Part shown: positions 47,191 to 57,218 of the stretch, piece by piece
Numbering within the stretch: position 1 is the first letter of the stretch
How the letters are laid out: each line of letters begins with the position of its first letter
Origin: an uncultured virus (IMG/VR IMGVR_UViG_3300044630_006877)
Lineage: Duplodnaviria > Heunggongvirae > Uroviricota > Caudoviricetes
Direction: 5' to 3' (one strand)
Length of the DNA: 64,000 nt
IMG/VR virus record: IMGVR_UViG_3300044630_006877
Notes under the pieces: model-generated
Database searches by the model: none
What the model saw: only the letters and a program-made list of their open reading frames with translations
What the model was told of the DNA's origin: nothing
Made by a program: the position numbers and the translations under genes

Positions 47191-48821
47191 TGGCTGAATA
47201 CTTCATGCCATGTGGTTGCTGCTGGCCGATAGCCGGAGAAGCGCCCCGTGTAGGTGCCTTGCCGCTCCTCGATGTTGATATTGCCAGTCTGCCAGATTGT
47301 GATTTGGCTTGGGATATCATGTCGGTCGGCAACACCAAGGGCGTGTTCCAGCTTGAGAGCAGGCTGGGGGCAACCTGGGCAAAGAAGTTGAAGCCAAAAA
47401 ACAACGAGCACCTTTCAGCTTTGGGCGCGCTGCTGCGCCCTGGCTGTCTGGCCGCCAAAGATGAGCATGGCATTTCCCTGACCGAGCACTACTGCCGTCG
47501 CGTCAACAAGGAAGAGCCTGCTGACTCCTTCGATCCTGCGCTGGATGATATTCTTGGTCCGACTGAGCAGATCCTCGTCTACCAGGAACAGTCCATGCAG
47601 ATCGGCGCCAAGCTGGCCGGGTTTGACCTCAAGGAGGTGGACCGGTTGCGTAAGGCCATCGGCAAGAAAGATCAGAAGGAGATGTCAGAGGTCAAGAAAT
47701 TGTTTCTACAGGGTGCGGAAAAAGTTAAGGTTGTTTCTATGGAGGTGGCAGAAACTGTTTGGGGTTGGATTGAAAAGGCAGGAAGGTACAGCTTCAACCG
47801 CAGCCACAGCATGTCCTACGGCATGACCGGTTACGACACCGCCTACCTGAAATCTCATTTCCCCGTGCAGTTTTATACTTCGTGGCTAGCTTTTGCCGAG
47901 GACAAGGTTGATCCCGATCAAGAGGTCATGGAGTTGGTCGAGGACGCGCGCAGGGCTGGTATTCTGGTTCTCGCCCCCGATGTCCGCCACCAGAAAATGA
48001 TCTTTTGGACAGACGGTGTTGATATTCATTTTGGTCTGGGCAACATCAAGGGTCTTGGTCAGTCCAACCTGAACAAGTTGTTCGAGGTGATCGGAAAGGC
48101 CGAAAGCGAACTGGGCAAGAAGTCCACGGATTTCATTTGGATGGAGTGGCTTGTCCATGTCGCCTCAAAAATCCCCTCGGTCAACCACAAGTTGATCATG
48201 GCTGGAGCGTTGGACTGGGCGGGCATCAAGCGTCAGCGCATGTTGGCCGAAGTCGATGTTGTCGCCTCCCTCACCGAAAAAGAACAGCAGTGGATCTTGA
48301 AGAACTGCGTTGGAACTGACGGTCTCATTGACATCCTTCGCAGGCTGGCCAAGCCCAAGAAGGAGGGTGGTGGTGTGGCCAATGTCAAGCGCGGCTCCTT
48401 GGTGAACGGTCAGGCTACTCTGCTGGAGAATCCACCGACCCCACTCAGTGATCATCCAGCTTGGATGGCGTGGGCCGAAGAGCAGGTGTTTGGTTTCGCC
48501 CTGACCTGTTCTCGCGTCGACGGCTGTGATCTGGGTGATGCCAACACGACCTGTGGCGAATTCTTGGCGGGCAAGGCGGGATTTCTCCTGCTGGGCGTCG
48601 AGGTGCGCGGCGTCAGGTCTTTCAAAACAAAGAAAGGAACCATGATGGCTTTCCTTTCTATATCGGACTCGTCCGGGATGCTGGACGATGTGGTGTGTTT
48701 CTCTGAGCCTTGGGAGGAGCACAAGCACCTCCTGGCTGAGGGTAACACTATTTTAGTGCAGGGCGAGCGAGATCCTAAAAAAGGCTCGTTGGTCGTGCGC
48801 AAAGTTTTTCAGATGTCATGA
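47190..48821 (+). CDS. dnaE: DNA polymerase III alpha, C-terminal fragment (fingers, HhH, OB)
   Basis: TKGVFQLES, LLRPG, VYQEQ, LRKAIGKK, YSFNRSH, YLKSHFP, GLGNIKGLG, TKKG.MMAF...D. Confidence 0.9.
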   Translation: MAEYFMPCGCCWPIAGEAPRVGALPLLDVDIASLPDCDLAWDIMSVGNTKGVFQLESRLGATWAKKLKPKNNEHLSALGALLRPGCLAAKDEHGISLTEHYCRRVNKEEPADSFDPALDDILGPTEQILVYQEQSMQIGAKLAGFDLKEVDRLRKAIGKKDQKEMSEVKKLFLQGAEKVKVVSMEVAETVWGWIEKAGRYSFNRSHSMSYGMTGYDTAYLKSHFPVQFYTSWLAFAEDKVDPDQEVMELVEDARRAGILVLAPDVRHQKMIFWTDGVDIHFGLGNIKGLGQSNLNKLFEVIGKAESELGKKSTDFIWMEWLVHVASKIPSVNHKLIMAGALDWAGIKRQRMLAEVDVVASLTEKEQQWILKNCVGTDGLIDILRRLAKPKKEGGGVANVKRGSLVNGQATLLENPPTPLSDHPAWMAWAEEQVFGFALTCSRVDGCDLGDANTTCGEFLAGKAGFLLLGVEVRGVRSFKTKKGTMMAFLSISDSSGMLDDVVCFSEPWEEHKHLLAEGNTILVQGERDPKKGSLVVRKVFQMS

Positions 48822-48829
48822 GGTGAATT

Positions 48830-49252
48830 GTGAACAATTGCGTTTTTATCGGGAATTTTGTGCGTGACCCCGAAGTTCAACAGGTCGGGGCCGAGCACCG
48901 CGTGGCAAAGTTTGCTATTGCCGTCAATGGCGGTCGCAAGAACCGCAACGGCGAAGAAGAGGTCGCTTTCGTTGAATGCGAAGCCTGGGACAAGTCTGCT
49001 GACACAATCAGCAAGTACATGAAAAAAGGCTCCAAGATCGCCGTTCAGGCGACCGCGCGCACCGAAACCTGGACCGACAAATCGACCGGCGGCAAAAGGT
49101 CGACCCTGAAGTTTCGCGTCAACAATTTCACTTTCCTCGGAGCGAAGATCGGCGAAACCCGTTCCGACAAGCCGGTGGCTGCTGGGGTTGCTGTGGACGA
49201 TGAGGACACAGGTTTTTCCAGCATTAACGACGGCGAAGAAATCCCTTTCTGA
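48830..49252 (+). CDS. ssb: single-stranded DNA-binding protein
   Basis: N...IGNFVRDPE, CEAW, KGS, acidic tail ending EEIPF. Confidence 0.9.
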   Translation: MNNCVFIGNFVRDPEVQQVGAEHRVAKFAIAVNGGRKNRNGEEEVAFVECEAWDKSADTISKYMKKGSKIAVQATARTETWTDKSTGGKRSTLKFRVNNFTFLGAKIGETRSDKPVAAGVAVDDEDTGFSSINDGEEIPF

Positions 49253-49260
49253 GAAAAGTA

Positions 49261-50862
49261 ATGGCACGCATTCTTCTGGTTGGTGAGGCAACTTGGTTGC
49301 AGACTGGTTACGCCACTTACGCGGCTCAAATCGCCCGTAAGCTTCAGGCGGCCGGTCACGAGATTGGGGAATTGGCCTGCTACGGCAGTCCGAAAGACCC
49401 GGGACGCGGCGAAAGCCCGTGGTCCGCCTTCTTTGTGACCACCAATGCGGACAACTATCCGCCATTGGCCATCAACCAGTCGAATCCGGCCTTGGGTTCC
49501 ACGGTGTTTGAGGAAACCATCTTGCGTTTTCAGCCGGATGTTGTGGTCTCGCTGCGTGACCCATGGCAGGATTCGTTTATCGCCTACTCGCCCCTGCGTC
49601 ACTACTATCGCTGGGTGTTCATGCATCCGGTCGATGGTGAGCCGCAGGATGACGAGTGGATTGCGGTTCTCAACCAGACGGATGCGGTGCTGGCTTATTC
49701 AGAATACGGACTGGAAGTTTTGCGGAAGTATCCCGGCCTGAACCTGGCCGGGGTCGCTTCTCCGGGTGCTGAACCGGACGTGTTCTTCCCGCACGACCAG
49801 AAAGAGTCGCGCGAGGCCCTGAACATCCCCCAAGACGCCCTCGTGGTTGGGACGGTCATGCGCAACCAGGGGCGCAAGCTTTACCCAGATCTTTTTGAAA
49901 GTTTCAGGAAGCTTTTGGACACGGCCCCGTCCCATATAGCCAGTCGACTTTACCTGTATTGCCACACTTCGTGGCCTGATGTTGGCTGGGATCTGCCAAA
50001 ATATTTGATAAAGCACAGAATTGGCCACAAAACCCTGTTCACTTTCGCCTGCAAGGCCTGCGACAGGGCTTCAGCATTACTCTGGCAGCTGCCAGCCGGG
50101 TACTGCCCGTTCTGTGCTAGTGGCGATTTATCCACCCCCACCGTCTCCTCTGGGCTGCCTCGATCGTTCATGCGCCCGGTGTATTCATCGATGGACATAT
50201 TCGTGCAATACTCAGTGTGCGAGGGATTCGGAATGCCACAGGTTGAAGCAGCCTGTTGTGGTATACCGGTGACCTCGGTCGATTTTACCGCCATGTCTTC
50301 CGTGGCCTCCGCAATCGGGGCCGAAACCATACCAGTACAGCGAACCTTCCCGGAACTGGAAACAGGCCGTGGGCTAGCGTTGCCAGACAACGACGCTCTG
50401 GTCGCCAGCCTAACCAGCTTCTTTATGTTGCCGCCAGCCGCCCGCAGGGCCAAGGGTCAAAAACATAGAAGTATGGCCGCTGCTACATTCAGTTATGATA
50501 AAGCTGCACATGTATGGTTAAAAACTATAGAAAGCTTAGATAAACCAATCAAAAGCTATCAAGATAATAAAAAAGTATTGCCAAGTCTAGTTAAGCCAGA
50601 CGAATATCTATCAAATAAAGAATGGGTAGACAAGGCTTTTTCTTCAGCCCTTGGCATTTCTGCCGCACAGGCTGGCTTTGTTGCTCAACGAATGACCCGG
50701 GATCTTTCTCGTGGTTATTGCGATACAACTTTTGTTCCTTCCCGATACACAAGCTTCGGTCCCGGCGGGAAGCTTGGAGCTTTTACTCGTGATCACGCAT
50801 GGGCACAGCTGTGCGGTGAGCGCGAGAGGGTAGAGTTCTGGGAGACCAAAAGAACATCATGA
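49261..50862 (+). CDS. glycosyltransferase family 4 with zinc-ribbon insertion
   Basis: TGYATY; MRNQGRK; CKAC...CPFC; EGFGMPQVEAACCG. Confidence 0.85.
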   Translation: MARILLVGEATWLQTGYATYAAQIARKLQAAGHEIGELACYGSPKDPGRGESPWSAFFVTTNADNYPPLAINQSNPALGSTVFEETILRFQPDVVVSLRDPWQDSFIAYSPLRHYYRWVFMHPVDGEPQDDEWIAVLNQTDAVLAYSEYGLEVLRKYPGLNLAGVASPGAEPDVFFPHDQKESREALNIPQDALVVGTVMRNQGRKLYPDLFESFRKLLDTAPSHIASRLYLYCHTSWPDVGWDLPKYLIKHRIGHKTLFTFACKACDRASALLWQLPAGYCPFCASGDLSTPTVSSGLPRSFMRPVYSSMDIFVQYSVCEGFGMPQVEAACCGIPVTSVDFTAMSSVASAIGAETIPVQRTFPELETGRGLALPDNDALVASLTSFFMLPPAARRAKGQKHRSMAAATFSYDKAAHVWLKTIESLDKPIKSYQDNKKVLPSLVKPDEYLSNKEWVDKAFSSALGISAAQAGFVAQRMTRDLSRGYCDTTFVPSRYTSFGPGGKLGAFTRDHAWAQLCGERERVEFWETKRTS

Positions 50863-51989
50863 ATGACATTCTCTATATCGGCAACTTCCATGACGGCACA
50901 GGCTACTCCAGAGCTTGCTGTGAAACGGCCATCGGCCTGGAAGAGGCTGGCGCCCGAGTCGTCTGTCGGCCAATCACATTCAACGGCGGTCGTCAGCCGT
51001 GCCCCGAAAAAATCTACGAGCTGGAGGAAAGGGCGACCCCGGCCAGATTCGATGCTGTCGTACAGCACACTCTGCCGCCGGTTATGAAAATGGATCGTCG
51101 GCTCGGACTGAATGTCGCCAATTTTTATTACGAGGCCAGCAAATTCAACAGCGCAGGTTGGGATTTGCGTCTCAACATGATGGATCTGGTAGTTACCACG
51201 CCCGGGATCTCGACGGTCGCCTGCTCCAACAGTCGGGTCAAAAGGCCGGTCGTCAGCATGCCCCTGCCAAGCGATCCGCACCGCTACCTGAAGAAATATC
51301 CCGTCCCAGATTTTCTCAAGGGATACGTCAACGAGAAAAAGTTTGTCTTCTACACGATCAGCGAGAATGTTCGCCGCAAGAATTTGGGCGGGCTGATCAA
51401 GTCTTACTACAGCGAATTTCTGCCAACCGAAAATGTCGTGCTCATCATCAAGACCGACGGCGATGTTCAGCGTGTTCAAACGATGATGCGGGAAATCGGC
51501 CACGGCATGAAGCTGAGCTATCTTCCCGAGATTGTCGTGGTTGCGGAAAGATTGAGCGAGGATCATTTGATGGGGCTTCACGCCCACGCGACATGTTTTG
51601 TTCAGGCATCCTGCGGTGAGGCGTGGTCTTATCCGGCTTTTGATGCGATGGCGATGGGAAAGACACCGATTGTCCCAGACACCGGAACCTATCGCTCTTA
51701 CATGTCGGACGACATCGGTTATCTTGTCCCCACCTACGACGAGCCTTGCTCGGGCGGGCAAGACGAGTCGATCGAGCTTTATCGCGGTGACGAATACTGG
51801 GAGGTTCCTTTTACCAATGAACTTTCTCAGATGATGCGAAGGGCTTACAGGGAGGACGACCTACGCCAGGCGAAAGCCTTGCTGGGTTTGGATGTGGCAT
51901 ATCAATTCACCCCCCTGAAGGTCGGTGAGACCTTCCTGGAGGCTCTTAGCCATGCGACGCAAAAACAAACTGTGGACCGATTTCATTAA
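50859..51989 (+). CDS. glycosyltransferase family 4
   Basis: TGYSRA; RRKNL; SCGEAWSYPAFDAMAMG. Confidence 0.8.
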   Translation: MNDILYIGNFHDGTGYSRACCETAIGLEEAGARVVCRPITFNGGRQPCPEKIYELEERATPARFDAVVQHTLPPVMKMDRRLGLNVANFYYEASKFNSAGWDLRLNMMDLVVTTPGISTVACSNSRVKRPVVSMPLPSDPHRYLKKYPVPDFLKGYVNEKKFVFYTISENVRRKNLGGLIKSYYSEFLPTENVVLIIKTDGDVQRVQTMMREIGHGMKLSYLPEIVVVAERLSEDHLMGLHAHATCFVQASCGEAWSYPAFDAMAMGKTPIVPDTGTYRSYMSDDIGYLVPTYDEPCSGGQDESIELYRGDEYWEVPFTNELSQMMRRAYREDDLRQAKALLGLDVAYQFTPLKVGETFLEALSHATQKQTVDRFH

Positions 51990-52695
51990 CGAAGACAGGG
52001 AGCCGGAACTTGTTCCGTGGCAACAACTTAGGGATGCCGATGTCGAAAAAAGGTTCGAGGTTAAAAAGCCCGCCAAGAAGCTGAAGGCGAGGACGCCCAA
52101 CCAGCAGAACTATATCAACAACATCGAGGCTTGCACGCTGACCATCTGCACTGGGCCAGCCGGTTGCGGAAAGACCTACATCCCCTGCGGTCTGGCGGCC
52201 AATTGGTTGCACGAGAACAAGATTGAAAAAGTTATCCTGACTCGTCCGATCGTGGAATGCGGCCAAAGGCTGGGCGCACTGCCCGGCACGCTGGGTGAAA
52301 AGACCGATCCCTACATGGCTCCCATGTTCGACGCCTTCGGCGACTTCCTCGACCCGAGCTTCCTGAAGCACTGCCGGAACAAAGAATCGATTGAGGTCGT
52401 GCCTTTGGAAACCATGCGCGGGCGCACTTTCCACAATTCCGTGATTATCCTTGACGAAGCCCAGAATGTCACCCGTCGACAGATGAAGATGTTCCTGACT
52501 CGCTTTGGCGAAAACTCCAAGGTTATTGTTTGTGGTGATGTGACCCAGACAGACCTGCCCCACTCCGAAGGCAACCCCCTCATGTGGGTATGGGACAAGC
52601 TGGGCCATCCCGATATCGCCAAAGTCATTCTGGGGCCTGAGGATATTCAGCGCCACGGCCTGATTCGTCACATCCTTGAGCGTTTGGGAGACTGA
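51952..52695 (+). CDS. phoH: PhoH-family ATPase
   Basis: GPAGCGKT, RGRTF, DEAQN, GDVTQTDL. Confidence 0.9.
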   Translation: MRRKNKLWTDFINEDREPELVPWQQLRDADVEKRFEVKKPAKKLKARTPNQQNYINNIEACTLTICTGPAGCGKTYIPCGLAANWLHENKIEKVILTRPIVECGQRLGALPGTLGEKTDPYMAPMFDAFGDFLDPSFLKHCRNKESIEVVPLETMRGRTFHNSVIILDEAQNVTRRQMKMFLTRFGENSKVIVCGDVTQTDLPHSEGNPLMWVWDKLGHPDIAKVILGPEDIQRHGLIRHILERLGD

Positions 52696-52761
52696 CCCCC
52701 ACTCGGCGTGGGTAGGATCGTTAGCGGCGACCAATGCGGTTTCCAAAGACGGATCTTATCC

Positions 52762-53784
52762 ATGCCGAATATTGCCAGTATTCTGAATTCAGCCGTTGGC
52801 AAGACTGACAGGATTAATGTCCTGACTTTCGCCACCCACGAGCGGTATCAGAGCGCCTGGTCAAAGGTCAAAGCCAACTTCTTCCTGTGGAACGACGAGA
52901 AGTCCAAGCCTTGGGTGCATAAGTATGCTCCCATGCCAGAAAATCACATCCTGCTACCCTTTCATTCGTCGACGCCAGCCATTCCGGTTGGTGTCGACAT
53001 CGATCTCGTCATCACGCATCATCTTAGCCAGTATGACCGGGCTTTGCAGGCTGCGACGCACCTGAATGTGCCCCTGCTGCGCCTTGAGCACTGTTTGCCG
53101 GACGAGGTTTGGTCTCCCGAACAACGCAAATTTTTAATAACAAAAAAAGGCGATGTCAATATTTTCATCACGCAACACCAGTTAAGCTCCTGGGGCGGCG
53201 ACAAAAACGATTCCATTATTTACAACGCAATCGATACCACCCTCTTCTCTCCGGGCGAAGACTCGCAGCGGGAACCTGTCTGTCTGAGCGTGGTCAACGA
53301 CTGGGTGAAGCGCGATAGCGTCTGCGGCTTCAGTTTCTGGAAGCTGGCCAGCAAGGATTTGCCCGTCAAAGTTCTGGGGGACACGCCGGGGGTTTCCAAA
53401 GCAGCCGCCAACGTGGGAGAGCTGGCAGCCGCCTACCGCAATTCTCTTCTTTTCCTCTGCACCGCCACCAACAGTTCGCTGCCGACGACCGTCCTTGAGG
53501 CCATGTCTTCGGGCTGTTGCGTGATCGCCTACCGGGCCACGGCAATCGAAGAGGCCATTGAGCACGGCGTAGACGGATTCCTGGTGGACAGCCCCGAGCA
53601 AATGAACGCTCTGGCCAAAAGGTTGTTGACCAATCCGGCCTACTGCGAGGCTATCGGGAAAAAAGCAAGGGAGAAAGCTCTCAATCGCCACAATCTTGAT
53701 GTGTTTGTTGAAAAATGGAACCAGACTTTGTGTCTGGCCGTGAATGCGCCATGGTGGAGGAAGCAATGGTTAGATTACGCTTGA
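52762..53784 (+). CDS. glycosyltransferase family 4
   Basis: THERY; IDTTLFSP; PTTVLEAMSSG; IEHGVDGFL. Confidence 0.8.
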   Translation: MPNIASILNSAVGKTDRINVLTFATHERYQSAWSKVKANFFLWNDEKSKPWVHKYAPMPENHILLPFHSSTPAIPVGVDIDLVITHHLSQYDRALQAATHLNVPLLRLEHCLPDEVWSPEQRKFLITKKGDVNIFITQHQLSSWGGDKNDSIIYNAIDTTLFSPGEDSQREPVCLSVVNDWVKRDSVCGFSFWKLASKDLPVKVLGDTPGVSKAAANVGELAAAYRNSLLFLCTATNSSLPTTVLEAMSSGCCVIAYRATAIEEAIEHGVDGFLVDSPEQMNALAKRLLTNPAYCEAIGKKAREKALNRHNLDVFVEKWNQTLCLAVNAPWWRKQWLDYA

Positions 53785-54218
53785 GTGTCGGCGACTCCAC
53801 CGTGAGCCTGCCGGGATTCGTTCAGATAGATCCGCTCAATCAGAACCGTCCAGGTAATCCTGCCGATCTGACCAAGTATGCGGAAGAGGGCGAGGCGGTC
53901 GAGATTGTCGCCGCCGATGTCCTCGACTACTACCCCTGCGAGTTTCGCTCAAAACTTTTGGGGCATTGGGTTTCCAGGCTGAGCCGTGGCGGCATGATTA
54001 TTATCGGGACTCGTGAGATCGTCGAAGTTTGCCGGTATGTCATGCTTGGGGAGGCCGCCAGTTTCGACAAGCTTGTTTTCGGTCCTGTTGGTGGCCAACG
54101 CCGTCAAAGCGCGGGGACTTTGCCAGAACTTAAATCAATGCTTTCCCTGATGGGGACGACCCTGGTTCGTTCCTATGTGAAAGATTTCATGAGTTATGTG
54201 GAGGCTATTCGTGATTAG
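53766..54218 (+). CDS. methyltransferase-11-like protein with divergent motifs
   Basis: L.VG....LPGF..ID...EI.A.DVLDY...W...L..GG. Confidence 0.55.
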   Translation: MVRLRLSVGDSTVSLPGFVQIDPLNQNRPGNPADLTKYAEEGEAVEIVAADVLDYYPCEFRSKLLGHWVSRLSRGGMIIIGTREIVEVCRYVMLGEAASFDKLVFGPVGGQRRQSAGTLPELKSMLSLMGTTLVRSYVKDFMSYVEAIRD

Positions 54219-55005
54219 CACATCTTGTCGTAGTTGCCGATTCGCCGTCAAGGACATGGGCGGGGATCAAACCGGCTGTCAAGCCGACATGCTCAAGCGT
54301 TTTCAGGAAGAAGGCCGGGTCGAGCTGGAGGCCGTCGAGGGTGTCGAGTCGTACAAGACGATCGACTGCTTCTGCCCGATGTTTCGTCCGGCCAACTGGA
54401 TGGGCGAGCTGTCCTACGAGCAGGCTGTTGTCGAGGCCCGTCGGGAGCGCGCCCTGACCGTCGCCGCAATTGTCTCTTGCGAGAAGGGCGAGCTGTCCGA
54501 TGTTGCCCGGACTGCCGAGATGCTGGAACAGCAGACCATCAAGCCCAACGAGGTTGTGTTTGTCATCACCTCACGCTCTGCCGTCAAGCCAAAGGATGTT
54601 TTGTCGACCCTGCGCGACCTTGAGCCTTCCTACCAATACTCGTTGCGTTTTGTCTTGGATGCCTCCTACACCGAGATGGACGCCATCCAGGAAGGGATCG
54701 GCAACAATCTGAAGTCAGTCTTTATCCTGCTCGTCGAAGCTGGACAACCTCTGGAGAATTACTATCTGGCCGATTTGGATCACCTGATCAACGATCAGAA
54801 TCAGCGAGTCGTGCTGGTTGATCCCGGCAAGATTCACGGCATGCTCATCCAGACCATGGCCTTTGATATGGTCGGCGGATTCCACGAGGTGGTTTGGCAA
54901 GAAACAGAAGATAAAATCGCCGACGTTTCCGAAAAGCTGAGGCGTATCGCCAAGGATCAGAATTCTCAACATCTCATTCTCAGCGAGCTACCCCATGTCT
55001 CTTGA
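54211..55005 (+). CDS. divergent GT-A-like protein with N-terminal Cys motif
   Basis: TSC..C.F...C; QTIKPNEVVFV; no DxD motif. Confidence 0.5.
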   Translation: MISTSCRSCRFAVKDMGGDQTGCQADMLKRFQEEGRVELEAVEGVESYKTIDCFCPMFRPANWMGELSYEQAVVEARRERALTVAAIVSCEKGELSDVARTAEMLEQQTIKPNEVVFVITSRSAVKPKDVLSTLRDLEPSYQYSLRFVLDASYTEMDAIQEGIGNNLKSVFILLVEAGQPLENYYLADLDHLINDQNQRVVLVDPGKIHGMLIQTMAFDMVGGFHEVVWQETEDKIADVSEKLRRIAKDQNSQHLILSELPHVS

Positions 55006-55744
55006 TGGGGTCTCGGTAGTCATCGCCAACCATAACTACGGCCATTTTTTGGCTGGCGCCCTGGATTCTGCCGCAGCAGAAAAGCCGGGGCGGATCATCG
55101 TGGTGGATGATGGCTCAACCGACGATTCCATTGAGGTCGTGGCCAGGAAGATGGAGGGTGGCACTCAGCAGGATTGCCGTGGCGTCCCTTCTTTTGTCGG
55201 CGCTATCCGCGGCGTGCCGGTGCGTTTGTTTTCGGCGGATGAGTCTTGTGGCCCGGCTGCCGCAAGAAACTGGGCCATGCAGGTTGCCTGGGATGAGACG
55301 GATTATTTCGCCGTCCTGGATGCGGATGACCGCTTCTTGGCCGGTAGGATCAGGGCCTGTGTCAATCTTTTGGAGAAATACGGGGAGGTGGCCGGTGCGG
55401 TTTATACGGACTATCACCATGTGCGCAATGGTATGCATTCTCGTCACTGCAAAAAATCTTTCGTGAAGCGCGAATTGGCTTTCGACAACATGGTTCATTC
55501 GGCCTGTGTCATTCGCAAATCGGTATTGGCCGAAGTTGGCTTGTACGACGAGTCGATGCCGCCAGCGGAAGACTACGAGTTATGGATGCGAATCGCCAAG
55601 AATCACATCATCTTGCATCTTCCCGAAGTCATGATGGATGTCAATGAGGGCGCGTATCAACTCTCGCGTCGCACGCCGTCTGACTTTTACGCCAAGCAAC
55701 TTCAAACTCTCAGGGGGCGACATTGTCAGAGCTTGCTGTCGTAA
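54995..55744 (+). CDS. glycosyltransferase family 2
   Basis: VSVVIANHNYG, VVDDGSTD, GPAAARN, LDADD, EDYELW. Confidence 0.9.
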   Translation: MSLDGVSVVIANHNYGHFLAGALDSAAAEKPGRIIVVDDGSTDDSIEVVARKMEGGTQQDCRGVPSFVGAIRGVPVRLFSADESCGPAAARNWAMQVAWDETDYFAVLDADDRFLAGRIRACVNLLEKYGEVAGAVYTDYHHVRNGMHSRHCKKSFVKRELAFDNMVHSACVIRKSVLAEVGLYDESMPPAEDYELWMRIAKNHIILHLPEVMMDVNEGAYQLSRRTPSDFYAKQLQTLRGRHCQSLLS

Positions 55745-56427
55745 TATCGGCTGCTGGCGCCGGGCGCCGCATGAAGGCGCGCGGGCCGAAAGCCCTCATA
55801 GACATCGGTGGTGGCGAGACCGTTCTCAGCCGCCAGTTAAGCATGGCCAAAAAAGCCCTGCCGAACGCCGAGGTGGTAGTCGTCGTGGGCTATCAAAAAG
55901 ACCGAGTCATCAAGACCCTCCCGAAAGATATCCGGTGGGTTGAAAATCCCGAGCACGAAGAAACCAATGTGGCACGATCCCTGCTGATTGGTGTCTCTGG
56001 CCACCCGGCGCGCAGGGTGATCCTGATGTGCGGCGACCTCGTGTTCGGGCCTGACTTTTTGTCCAGCCTGCCGACTGTCGGCTCCGCCGTCGTCATCGAT
56101 GAGAATCCCAACCATCGTTCTTCCGAGGTCGGTTGCAATATCGACCGGGAACGCGTTTGCCATTTTAGTTACGGGGTTTGGCCGAAGTGGGGCCAGGCTG
56201 TTGTCTTGGCGGACAAAGAACTGGATCTCTATCGACTGATAGCCTCCCGTGATCAATGCTCGCGCTGGTTTGCCTACGAGGTCTTGAATGAAATCATCGA
56301 TGCTGGCGGCGTGATCGCCCCAGCCTATCCAGAGAAATCCTATCTGGTCGAAATCGACAGCGCGCAGGATATCGACAGGGCGAAAAGCATGGTCAGCAAA
56401 TTGCGCCGCAAGGGAGTTGTCGCATGA
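55723..56427 (+). CDS. NTP transferase (LicC/sugar-phosphate nucleotidyltransferase-like)
   Basis: AAGAGRRM...PKAL, VVGY, GDLVF, EIDS..D. Confidence 0.8.
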   Translation: MSELAVVISAAGAGRRMKARGPKALIDIGGGETVLSRQLSMAKKALPNAEVVVVVGYQKDRVIKTLPKDIRWVENPEHEETNVARSLLIGVSGHPARRVILMCGDLVFGPDFLSSLPTVGSAVVIDENPNHRSSEVGCNIDRERVCHFSYGVWPKWGQAVVLADKELDLYRLIASRDQCSRWFAYEVLNEIIDAGGVIAPAYPEKSYLVEIDSAQDIDRAKSMVSKLRRKGVVA

Positions 56428-57218
56428 ATATCTTGATTGTCAATGATGACAATGGGGTCGGCAGCGGCGCTCTCGCCAATGGTTTTGCCACGCTGAGGCA
56501 TGATGTGGCCTTGTGGACACCGGGCAAAATGCCGATTTACCAGGCTTTTGACAGGCAGAAACCGGATCTGTTCATTGGGCCGACTTCGTCCGTCACGCCC
56601 GCCCTACTGCGCAATCAGGGCAAATGCCGCCTCGCCCTCTGGCAGGATGAGGTGGTGCTTGACGAGATGCCTGATGGCGCATTCGTATATGCCACCGACG
56701 ACAACAACAAAGAGCTGCCTGTCATCCACTGGCCCTTCCTGCCTCTCGACGGAAAATCTTTCTACAAAGACGCTCTGGCTACCGATGTTGTTTTTCTGGA
56801 CGGATATCGGCCTGGCTATGACTCGTTCTTCATGCCGCTTTTTGAGGACGCTGGCTTTGCCTCCAGAGTCCATTGCGATACCGTCTGGCCGATTCCCTAC
56901 TACGCCGGTTCTCTGACCGCACAAGAGCGGATGCAGGCGCTGGCTTCTTCTACAGTCAGAGCCATGACCGCTGAAGATGCGAGCGATGTGCGGGCGATCT
57001 ACGAGACCATCAGGGTGGGATCGATACCAGTTGTGGCCGGGGACGAGAACCTTTTGTCTTACGGTGGCACGGCAGAAGGCTATCTGTCCATGGTCAAGAC
57101 TCTCATATACGAAGAAGAGACACGCAAAAAAACCATCGATATTCTGATCGATCTGTTCTCTCGGCGCGAGCCGGTCGATGCTGCTCAATCCCTACTGAAA
57201 GCGATGTTGACATGTTGA
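56424..57218 (+). CDS. divergent GT-B-like protein
   Basis: MNILI...F...KPDLFIG; cluster context. Confidence 0.5.
   Translation: MNILIVNDDNGVGSGALANGFATLRHDVALWTPGKMPIYQAFDRQKPDLFIGPTSSVTPALLRNQGKCRLALWQDEVVLDEMPDGAFVYATDDNNKELPVIHWPFLPLDGKSFYKDALATDVVFLDGYRPGYDSFFMPLFEDAGFASRVHCDTVWPIPYYAGSLTAQERMQALASSTVRAMTAEDASDVRAIYETIRVGSIPVVAGDENLLSYGGTAEGYLSMVKTLIYEEETRKKTIDILIDLFSRREPVDAAQSLLKAMLTC

Noticed and set aside
46200..47300. Split intein or self-splicing intron joining the dnaE halves
   Set aside because: No intein block A or HN-C/S/T termini and no non-coding space for an intron core; the gap is filled by coupled ORFs
17355..57188. Long antisense ORFs (e.g. 17355-18341, 22070-23110, 50793-51761, 51946-52746)
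   Set aside because: Shadow frames opposite well-supported genes, expected with GC-rich third codon positions
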